Shown here: piece after piece, positions 56,362 to 64,000 of the stretch
Position numbering within the stretch: position 1 is the stretch's first letter
Layout: the number at the start of each line of letters is the position of its first letter
Assembly (NCBI GenBank): GCA_017411405.1
Contig: JAFQQE010000014.1
Coordinates: forward strand, 1,067-65,066
Source: Bacilli bacterium
GTDB taxonomy: Bacteria; Bacillota_I; Bacilli_A; RF39; UBA660
Direction: 5' to 3'
Length of the DNA: 64,000 nucleotides
Notes under the pieces: model-generated
Databases searched by the model: none
What the model saw: only the letters and a program-made list of their open reading frames with translations
Told to the model about the DNA's origin: nothing
Program-made: the position numbers and the translations under genes

Positions 56362-57814
56362 TAAAAAAAAGAATAATATTAAAAATGATAAAATTAATTT
56401 AGTAATTAAAATAATGTCTTATATATTACTTTTTATGTCTATATTATCATTAGGATTTATTATATACTTTGACTTGTTACCTGTAGCATATTTAATTTTA
56501 TTTATAGCTATAATAGGTGTAATAGTATTTGGCTTATTTAAATTATTAAATAGTAGATTGAGAAAGTGGATTAGAACTTTATTTCTTATTCCAACTATAT
56601 TATTAATATTTCTATTTGCTTTAATCTGTTTTTACTGTTATGGAACAATAGATTTTTTTGGTAGTATATTTGATATAGGAATAAGACAAGATTACTATTC
56701 TATATATGTTTTAAAAGATTCTTTATACAACAAAATAGAAGATTTAGAAGATAAATATATTGCGACACATAATATAGAAGATAAAGGTATTGAAAAATCT
56801 ATAGATAAAGTATCTAAAAAGATTGAATTTAAATTAGCAGAATATGCTTCTAATAGTGAGGCAGTAGAAAGTGTAATAAATAGTGAAAATGAAGCAGTAT
56901 TAATGTTAAATTCTAATATGGATATATTAAAAGAAGATAATGAATTATATTCTAATTTAAGGCCGATATATACATTTAGTGTCACAACGAAAGTAGAAAC
57001 CTTGTCAAGTGATAAAAATGTATTAAAAGAAAGCTTTGTTCTTTATATAAGTGGAATTGATACTAGTGGTAAGGTTGGAGCAAAAGCAAGAAGTGATGTT
57101 AATATTCTAGTAGCTGTCAATCCTAAAACTAATAAAATATTACTTCTAAATACACCTCGTGATTACTATGTTAATTTAGCAAGTTATAATAAAATGGATA
57201 AACTAACCCATGCTGGAGTATATGGTATTGAAGAATCAGTAAATACGTTAAGCAAATTATATAATGTAGATGTAGACTATTATGCGAGATTAAATTTTAC
57301 AACTTTTATAAATGTAGTAGAAAAATTAGACGGTATAACAGTAGATGTTCCTGTAAGCTTTTGTGAACAAACATCTGATAGAAAAAGTACAAAACAAATA
57401 TGTTTGAAAAAAGGTGTACAAACTTTAAACGGAGAACAAGCATTAGCATTATCAAGAACAAGACATACAATATCTGGTGGTGATAGGGGAAGAATAGAAA
57501 ATCAAATGTTAGTACTAAGTGCTATTATTGATAAAATCTTAAGCCCTAAAATAATAGTAAATTATACTAGTTTATTAAATAGCATATCTGATTCAATTGT
57601 AACAAATGTAGATCAAAAATCAGTTACAAGATTAATTAAGAATCAATTAGACGAAAATCCTAGTTGGAGTATTGAAACATTATCTACTGAAGGAACAGAT
57701 GCATATAAACCTACATATTCAACTGGTAATCAAAATGTTTATGTAATGGAACCAAAATTAGAAAGTGTAACAAATGCTAAGAATAAATTAAAAGAAATAT
57801 TAAATACTAACTAA
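56351..57814 (+). CDS. LCP (LytR-CpsA-Psr) family glycopolymer transferase, Cps2A-like
   Basis: Three TM helices, accessory domain, YISGIDT, RSDVNIL, TPRDYYV, DKLTHAG, GEQALALSRTR, GDRGRIENQ. Confidence 0.9.
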   Translation: MKTNKKKNNIKNDKINLVIKIMSYILLFMSILSLGFIIYFDLLPVAYLILFIAIIGVIVFGLFKLLNSRLRKWIRTLFLIPTILLIFLFALICFYCYGTIDFFGSIFDIGIRQDYYSIYVLKDSLYNKIEDLEDKYIATHNIEDKGIEKSIDKVSKKIEFKLAEYASNSEAVESVINSENEAVLMLNSNMDILKEDNELYSNLRPIYTFSVTTKVETLSSDKNVLKESFVLYISGIDTSGKVGAKARSDVNILVAVNPKTNKILLLNTPRDYYVNLASYNKMDKLTHAGVYGIEESVNTLSKLYNVDVDYYARLNFTTFINVVEKLDGITVDVPVSFCEQTSDRKSTKQICLKKGVQTLNGEQALALSRTRHTISGGDRGRIENQMLVLSAIIDKILSPKIIVNYTSLLNSISDSIVTNVDQKSVTRLIKNQLDENPSWSIETLSTEGTDAYKPTYSTGNQNVYVMEPKLESVTNAKNKLKEILNTN

Positions 57815-57903
57815 AACATTTAAATTGTGCTAAAAAGCACTTTTTTCTTTATTGAAAAATATAGATTATTAATATATAATAATAACAGTTAAGGAGTTTT
57901 TTT

Positions 57904-58359
57904 ATGTGTAAAGAAGAAGCAAAGTTATATATTCCAAATATATGTAATTTAATAAACAATAATATTAAACAATTATTAGATAGTGATATTATATTAGGAG
58001 ATATTAGTTTTTATTATCTAAAAGATAATGATGAAAATAAAATTGTATTTGATATAAAAGTACCTATAAATAAATATGAAAGAAATTATAACACAAATAT
58101 TTCAATTAAATATAGCGATTTGTTTTTTGAAGAATTATTAAAAAGTTTTTTAGTAAGTTCTTTAGAAAAATATGAATTTATAATAACAAAAATTAAAAAA
58201 AGTGATTACAACACTTTGAAAATAAGTAATATAAATGGTAGTGAGTTAAGAATAAATTTCTTTTACAATTTTGATAACATAGAAAAATTAATAGAAAATT
58301 ATAATAATAAAATAGATGAATACTTAAATAGTAATAGATTAACTTTAAAAAGAAAGTAG
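57904..58359 (+). CDS. Hypothetical protein
   Basis: AAGGAG RBS, own TATAAT; 151 aa; basic C-terminus RLTLKRK. Confidence 0.65.
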   Translation: MCKEEAKLYIPNICNLINNNIKQLLDSDIILGDISFYYLKDNDENKIVFDIKVPINKYERNYNTNISIKYSDLFFEELLKSFLVSSLEKYEFIITKIKKSDYNTLKISNINGSELRINFFYNFDNIEKLIENYNNKIDEYLNSNRLTLKRK

Positions 58360-58366
58360 TGATAAA

Positions 58367-60106
58367 ATGAATTTAGTTAGTTTTTTAGAAAAAAAATTAA
58401 ATGAGATATTAAAAAGTTTAGGATATAACGATGATGTAGTTTTAAATATATCTAATAGACCAGACTTAGGTGATTATCAATATAATGGATGTATGAAACT
58501 TGCAAGTATATCTCATGAAAAACCAGTTGATATCGCAAATAAAATAGTTAGTGAATTAGAAAAAACTAATTATTTTAGTAATATAAATATTGCCGGGCCA
58601 GGATTTATCAATTTAACTATAAATGATGAAACCTTAGTAAAATATATAAACGAAGTAATAAATGATTTTAATGTAAATACATACAAAGAAGACGAAACTA
58701 AAACAATATTTTTAGATTATGGTGGAGCTAATGTTGCAAAAGCTTTACATGCCGGGCATTTAAGAAGTCCTAATATCGGAGAAGCATTAAAAAGATTATG
58801 CGAAGCAGTTGGACATAAAACTATTAGTGATGTACACTTCGGAGATTGGGGTAGACCGATGGGACTTATAATATGTGAATTAAAAGAAAGATTCCCAGAC
58901 TCTCCATTCTTCAATCCTAATTTTAATGGACCTTATCCCGAGTGCCCTGTAACATTAGATGATTTGTATGAAATATATCCACTTGCAAGCGCAAAAGCAA
59001 AAGAAGATCCGTTATTTTTAGAAGAAGCAAGAGAATTGACTGTTAAAATGCAAAATAAAGAAAAAGGAATATATGATTTGTATCTATCATTCACTAAGCT
59101 TTCTATAGACGATATTAAAGATATATATAATAAATTAAATGCAACTTTTGATTTATACGAAGGTGAAAAAGATGCAGACGAATATATCCCAGAATTGTTA
59201 GATTATTTAACAAAAAACAATCTAACAGAGATTAGTGAAGGGGCTACAATAATAGATGTTAAAGAAGAAACAGACAAAAAAGAAATGCCTCCTGTAATAT
59301 TAATTAAAAGTAATGGTGGAGTATTATATGATACTACAGAACTCGCAACTCTTTATTCAAGAGCAAAAAGATATGATGTAGATGCGTATTTTTATTTAAC
59401 AGATATACGCCAAGAATTACATTTTGTTCAAGCTTTTAGAGCAGCGTATAAAACAGCTTTGGTAGATAAAAATGTTGATTTAGAATGGTTTGGTTTTGGA
59501 ACAATGAATGGACCAGACGGGAAACCATTTAAAACTCGTGATGGTGGAGTAATGAGTTTGAGAGAACTTATAAAAATTGTTGCATTAGAAACTAGAAAAA
59601 TAATAAAAGATAATATACCGGAAAACGAAAAGGATGATCTAGCTGAAAAACTAGCAATAAGCGCTATAAAATATGCGGATTTGCTTCCAAATAGATCAAG
59701 CGATTACTTATTTGATCCTGTTAAATTTAGTGATATAAACGGTAAGACAGGACCTTATCTTTTATATAGTACTGTTAGAATGGCATCCCTTTTAAATAAA
59801 GCAAAAGATATTAGTTCAGACAAATATAAAGTTATATCTACAAAAGAAGAAAGAGATATAATATTAAATCTATTAAATTTAAGCACTGTAATAGAAAAAT
59901 CATTCAACTCAAGAACATTAAATGAAATATGTGAATACTTATATCGATTAACTAATTCTTATAATTCATTCTATAGCAATCATGAAGTATTAACAGAAAC
60001 AGATTTAGATAAGAAAGAAAGTTATATTGCATTAACTAAATTAGTACATGATACTAATAAATATTTATTAAATATACTTGCAATAGACGTTCCAAATAAG
60101 ATATAA
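58367..60106 (+). CDS. argS: Arginine--tRNA ligase
   Basis: DYQYNG, AGPGFIN, DYGGANVAKALHAGHLRS (HIGH-like), FKTRDGG, GPYLLYSTVR, DALR C-terminus. Confidence 0.95.
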   Translation: MNLVSFLEKKLNEILKSLGYNDDVVLNISNRPDLGDYQYNGCMKLASISHEKPVDIANKIVSELEKTNYFSNINIAGPGFINLTINDETLVKYINEVINDFNVNTYKEDETKTIFLDYGGANVAKALHAGHLRSPNIGEALKRLCEAVGHKTISDVHFGDWGRPMGLIICELKERFPDSPFFNPNFNGPYPECPVTLDDLYEIYPLASAKAKEDPLFLEEARELTVKMQNKEKGIYDLYLSFTKLSIDDIKDIYNKLNATFDLYEGEKDADEYIPELLDYLTKNNLTEISEGATIIDVKEETDKKEMPPVILIKSNGGVLYDTTELATLYSRAKRYDVDAYFYLTDIRQELHFVQAFRAAYKTALVDKNVDLEWFGFGTMNGPDGKPFKTRDGGVMSLRELIKIVALETRKIIKDNIPENEKDDLAEKLAISAIKYADLLPNRSSDYLFDPVKFSDINGKTGPYLLYSTVRMASLLNKAKDISSDKYKVISTKEERDIILNLLNLSTVIEKSFNSRTLNEICEYLYRLTNSYNSFYSNHEVLTETDLDKKESYIALTKLVHDTNKYLLNILAIDVPNKI

Positions 60107-60111
60107 AAAAA

Positions 60112-60411
60112 TTATAGATTATTTAAATCTATAATATCATTAATATGTATATTTAGAGAACTATTACTAGGTAATTCTAGTATATTAGTTCTTTTTTTAT
60201 AATTAAATATAAGTATTCTATTAGGTTTTATATTTCTATTTATCTTTAAAACTTTATTATTTTTATCCAATAATATCACATCAATATTCTCTCTCATAAA
60301 AAAAGTATGTATACTTTTACAATTATTAAAAAGTAATCCATAATCTATATTTCTTTTATTCATTAAGCCAAAGAATCTATCTTTAAAACTTTTAGCTATT
60401 AATACTTTCAT
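60112..60411 (-). CDS. DUF192-family protein
   Basis: FKDRFFGLM..GLLF..SIHTFFM..IDVILLD..ILELP. Confidence 0.85.
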   Translation of the reverse strand: MKVLIAKSFKDRFFGLMNKRNIDYGLLFNNCKSIHTFFMRENIDVILLDKNNKVLKINRNIKPNRILIFNYKKRTNILELPSNSSLNIHINDIIDLNNL

Positions 60412-60518
60412 AATACACCTTCCATAAATTAATTATACTGTATTATTTTTTTTAATTCAATTGTTGTATTATAAAATAAAACATGATAATATATAATTTG
60501 CAAAAAAGAGGGATATCT

Positions 60519-61070
60519 ATGTTTTTAAAGTTTTTAATACTATTATATTTATCAAGTGTTTTTTATTCTTGTGCTATGTTTAGTTATGCAATGTACTTAC
60601 AAAAAAAACAAATGAAAAAAGATGGATTTCATGAAGTTTATAACAAGAAATCCATTAAAGAAAGAATAAAAAACTTTATATCTGACTATAGTTTTACAAT
60701 TATACCTGTTATTAATATATGTGTTATATTACCATTCTTCTTAGAAGATTTTGACGAATTATATAATGAATATATTAAATATGCTTTGAATTCAAAAAGT
60801 ATTATTTATTACAATAAAGAGATGGAAAATATAGACAACGAAATAAAAGAAATAAATATAAATAAAGATAATGAAAAAGAATATTATGAAAAACTAAAGA
60901 AAGTAATAATATTATATAAAAAGTATTTAAATGAATATAATAAATTAAAATATAAAGATCCTAATACTAAAAAAGAAATAGATATTATAAATGAAACATT
61001 AAATGAAAAAGAAAAAGAATTAAATAAATATGAAGAGAAAAACAAAGTATTAAAAAAGACAATTGATTAA
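60519..61070 (+). CDS. Hypothetical membrane protein with C-terminal coiled coil
   Basis: GAGGG RBS before ATG 60519; two hydrophobic segments (IIPVINI motif); Lys/Glu-rich tail. Confidence 0.62.
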   Translation: MFLKFLILLYLSSVFYSCAMFSYAMYLQKKQMKKDGFHEVYNKKSIKERIKNFISDYSFTIIPVINICVILPFFLEDFDELYNEYIKYALNSKSIIYYNKEMENIDNEIKEININKDNEKEYYEKLKKVIILYKKYLNEYNKLKYKDPNTKKEIDIINETLNEKEKELNKYEEKNKVLKKTID

Positions 61071-61196
61071 AAATAATAATTGTCTTTTTCATATTATTTT
61101 CAAATAAAATTAATATAATTGATATAAAAGTAATAGACTAATTTATAAAATTATTATATTATATTCTATAGTGTTTAAAAAAAGGAGAATAAAGAA

Positions 61197-63269
61197 ATGA
61201 AAAAGTATATGAATAAAAATGTTTTATTAAATTTCTTAATAAATTTTATACTTTTGTTTATATTAGAGGTTATATTTAAATTAGTTAATTTCTTTAATAT
61301 TATAGATTGGTCAAGTATAAGAATAATTATAGGTATTATTATAATTTCATTTGTTATTTCTTCTTTAGAATACTTAATTCCAAAAAAGTTACATAAATAT
61401 ATAAATATTATTTTTATATTTATATGTTCAATTTATAGTTTACTTCAAACAGCATTTAATAACTATATTGGAGTTTATATGTCTTTAGGTACTAGTAGTC
61501 AACTAACTAGAGTTATAGATTATGTTAGAGAATTTATACTTTCGTTTAAATGGTATTATTACTTTAATTTATTACCATTTATACTTATTTTAATCTATTA
61601 TATTTTCATAAACAAAAAGATAATTAATAAATTTAATATAAGTAATAATAAGAATAATTATAAAAAATTAGATAAAAAAATATTCATCAAAAAAGTATTG
61701 GTTTATTTTATATTCTTAACTATGATGTCTAGTCTTTATTCTATGACTTTATTTATGCCTTTTATGCAAAATAAATTACAAACTATTAGTAATGATAAAT
61801 TATTTATAAATCCATCAGTTCCTAGTATATCTATTAAACAATTTGGTATTACTACTTATGGATTATTAGATATTAAAAATTATTTTTTTCCGATAGAAGT
61901 TATTGAAGAATATAATATAGAAAATATGAATAAAGATAATTTAAATGAGAATATCAAAAGAACATTTGATGATAAAAAATGGATAAGTGTTATAGAAAAC
62001 GAAACTAATAACAAATATAATACTTTAAATAATTACTTTATAAATAATAATATAACTGATATAAATGAATATACAGGGTTATTTGAAGATAAAAACTTAA
62101 TTGTGATAATGCTAGAAAGTGTAAATGATATTATAATAAATGAGAAAGATTATCCTAATTTTTATAAAATGTATAATAATGGTATGAAATGGGTTAATAA
62201 TTATAGTCCAAGGAATAGTTGTAGTACAGGTAATAATGAAATGAGTGGAATGATAAGTTTATATTCTATATATAATACATGTACTGCTAATATCTATAAA
62301 GAAAATACATATTTCAATAGTATATTTAATCTATTTAATAATAAAAATTATTATACGTTTAGTGCACATAATTATACAGAACATTATTATTATAGAAATG
62401 ATATACATACTAACATGGGAAGTAAGAAATATTATGGAGTAGAAGAGTTAGGCATAGATTATTCTAATCAATATAAAAATTGGTCTAGTGATGAAGATTT
62501 TATGACTAAAGTTTTAGATATATTAGGTGCTATTGACCTTGATACTAAATTTATGACATGGTTAACAACAGTTTCTTCTCATCAACCGTATTATTATTCA
62601 TCCAAAGAGGGTGATATGTATTTAGATTTGTATGATGATTTAGATATTAGTAAGGATTTAAAAAGATATAAATCTAAATTAAAAATATTAGATAATGCAT
62701 TAGGTATACTTTTAACTGGATTAGAAGAAAAAGGTATATTAGATGATACTGTAATTGTTATGTTTGGTGATCATTATCCATATGGTTTGTCTACAGAAAC
62801 AATTAATACTGTGTTAGATTATGATACAGAAAAGGATTATGAAGCTGAAAGAGTACCTTTTGTTATATATAATAGTGAAATAGAAAGTAAAACTTTTCAT
62901 GAATACACATCATATATAAATATATTACCAACTATAGCTAATTTATTTAATTTAAATTATGATCCACGACTTTATATGGGAACAGATTTATTAAGTGAAG
63001 ATTATGAATCATTAGTTATATTTGCAGACGGTTCTTGGAAAAATGAAAATGCATACTATAATGCTTCTAGTGGAGAAATTGAGTATTATAAAGATTTTGA
63101 ATATTCTTTAGATGAAATAAAAGAAATAAATCAAAAAATAGAATTAAAAATACAAATGAGTAGTCTTGCTATTAAAAATAATTATTTTAACTACTTATAT
63201 AATAAATTAAGTGATAAAGAACAATCTATAAATACTAATATGACTAAAAATGATATAGAAGAATCATAA
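61197..63269 (+). CDS. LTA synthase (LtaS)-family sulfatase-like membrane enzyme
   Basis: Five N-terminal TM helices; NLIVIMLES, CSTGNNE (Thr nucleophile region), AHN, TVSSHQPY, LDNALG, VMFGDHYP, VPFVIY. Confidence 0.88.
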   Translation: MKKYMNKNVLLNFLINFILLFILEVIFKLVNFFNIIDWSSIRIIIGIIIISFVISSLEYLIPKKLHKYINIIFIFICSIYSLLQTAFNNYIGVYMSLGTSSQLTRVIDYVREFILSFKWYYYFNLLPFILILIYYIFINKKIINKFNISNNKNNYKKLDKKIFIKKVLVYFIFLTMMSSLYSMTLFMPFMQNKLQTISNDKLFINPSVPSISIKQFGITTYGLLDIKNYFFPIEVIEEYNIENMNKDNLNENIKRTFDDKKWISVIENETNNKYNTLNNYFINNNITDINEYTGLFEDKNLIVIMLESVNDIIINEKDYPNFYKMYNNGMKWVNNYSPRNSCSTGNNEMSGMISLYSIYNTCTANIYKENTYFNSIFNLFNNKNYYTFSAHNYTEHYYYRNDIHTNMGSKKYYGVEELGIDYSNQYKNWSSDEDFMTKVLDILGAIDLDTKFMTWLTTVSSHQPYYYSSKEGDMYLDLYDDLDISKDLKRYKSKLKILDNALGILLTGLEEKGILDDTVIVMFGDHYPYGLSTETINTVLDYDTEKDYEAERVPFVIYNSEIESKTFHEYTSYINILPTIANLFNLNYDPRLYMGTDLLSEDYESLVIFADGSWKNENAYYNASSGEIEYYKDFEYSLDEIKEINQKIELKIQMSSLAIKNNYFNYLYNKLSDKEQSINTNMTKNDIEES

Positions 63270-63302
63270 AGATATAATATTTTAAAATTTATATCTTTTT
63301 TT
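63268..63302 (+). terminator. Intrinsic terminator
   Basis: AAAGATATAA...TTATATCTTT plus T run. Confidence 0.7.
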
Positions 63303-63353
63303 ATTTTAAAAATTGTGTTATAATTAACTTATATTTAAAAAAGGGGAATCTTA

Positions 63354-63944
63354 ATGGGACAATACTTTACTAATGATGAAAACTTAAAAAGTGAATATAG
63401 AAATATAGTGTATAATTATAAGGAATATACTTTTAATTTTACAAGTGATTTAGGAGTTTTTAGTAAAGACAGAATAGATTATGCTAGCAAATTACTTATA
63501 GAAACTTATTTTGAAAACGCAAAGCCAGAAAGAAAAATTTTAGATGTGGGATGCGGTTATGGATTTATTGGGGTAACTTTATCTAAAATTACTAATTCTT
63601 ATGTAGATATGATAGATGTAAATAAAAGAGCAATACATTTATCTAACTTAAATATTAAAAACAATAATGCTAATTGTAATGCATTTATAAGTAATATATA
63701 TGAAAATATAAAAGACAAATATGACGTTATTATATCAAACCCGCCTATAAGAGCAGGTAAGAATGTATATATGGAAATAATTTTAAAAGCTAACGAACAT
63801 TTGAAAGAAAATGGAGAATTTTGGTTTGTAATGAATAAAGATCAAGGGGCAAAAAGTACAATAGAGAAAATAAAGGATGTTTATGAGGTAAACGTTTTAA
63901 ATAAAAGTAAAGGTTTTTTTGTAATTCTTTGTAAAAAGCGTTGA
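63354..63944 (+). CDS. Class I SAM-dependent methyltransferase, RsmC/YbxB family
   Basis: FTSDLGVFSKDRID, LDVGCGYG, DVNKRA, SNPPIRAGK. Confidence 0.88.
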   Translation: MGQYFTNDENLKSEYRNIVYNYKEYTFNFTSDLGVFSKDRIDYASKLLIETYFENAKPERKILDVGCGYGFIGVTLSKITNSYVDMIDVNKRAIHLSNLNIKNNNANCNAFISNIYENIKDKYDVIISNPPIRAGKNVYMEIILKANEHLKENGEFWFVMNKDQGAKSTIEKIKDVYEVNVLNKSKGFFVILCKKR

Positions 63945-63969
63945 CATAATCATTTTTTATTGATAAAAT
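63941..63969 (+). promoter_or_regulatory. SigA promoter for a gene beyond the window (rpoB follows ybxB in many Bacilli)
   Basis: TTGACA, 17 nt, TG-n-TAAAAT. The identity of the downstream gene is inferred from synteny only. Confidence 0.7.
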
Positions 63970-64000
63970 TTTAAATTGGTGGCGTAGTCTCTTTTAATTA

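Noticed and set aside
712-59000. Many minus- or alternate-frame ORFs in the track (e.g. 712..1113, 6510..6698, 8284..8667, 8761..9186, 12170..12631, 15825..16148, 17376..19291, 23987..25930, 26542..26754, 29473..29739, 33035..33340, 44688..45017, 46615..47818, 56695..56985, 58717..58914)
   Set aside because: They are shadows inside well-supported genes, with Ile/Phe/Ser-rich composition expected from the reverse of AT-rich codons and no RBS or motifs.
1-64000. Mycoplasma-type genetic code (TGA=Trp) suggested by the extreme AT content
   Set aside because: rnc, comN, tadC and yidD end at TGA at expected lengths, and Trp is encoded by TGG in conserved positions.
1-64000. CRISPR array, tRNA/rRNA/tmRNA, IS elements, prophage genes
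   Set aside because: I saw no regularly spaced repeats, cloverleaf or rRNA signatures, or transposase, integrase or phage structural motifs. Covariance-model scans were not possible.

Overview
Chromosomal window of a very AT-rich, walled, low-GC Bacilli-like bacterium. It uses the standard code (rnc, comN and tadC end in TGA). An RF39/UBA660-like gut lineage is my inference from gene content and style, not a database result. Housekeeping genes (priA, ftsW-family, sufB, parC, rpsP-khpA, rnc-smc, nfo, rel-dtd, parE, ssb, cdsA-rseP, argS, LtaS-family, RsmC/YbxB-family) sit in broken-up operons, interspersed with lineage-specific orphan genes. Also present are a minimal Tad/Flp pilus locus and a HigBA-like module with an ImmA/IrrE peptidase-fused antitoxin. 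Three signals stand out. (1) A peptidoglycan D-Asx cross-bridge cluster (D,D-carboxypeptidase, racemase, D-aspartate ligase, asparagine synthetase) carries a PLP-dependent alanine-racemase-fold enzyme with a remodelled pocket where a PLP-independent Asp racemase would be expected. (2) An unannotated, fully structured type I toxin-antitoxin-like locus lies at 14.3-14.7 kb, with a 25-aa membrane peptide, a sequestered SD, a convergent antisense RNA and an alternative 5'-3' pairing. (3) The long Rel protein has a degenerate hydrolase HD/ED motif but an intact synthetase. I saw no tRNA, rRNA, CRISPR array, transposase or integrase.
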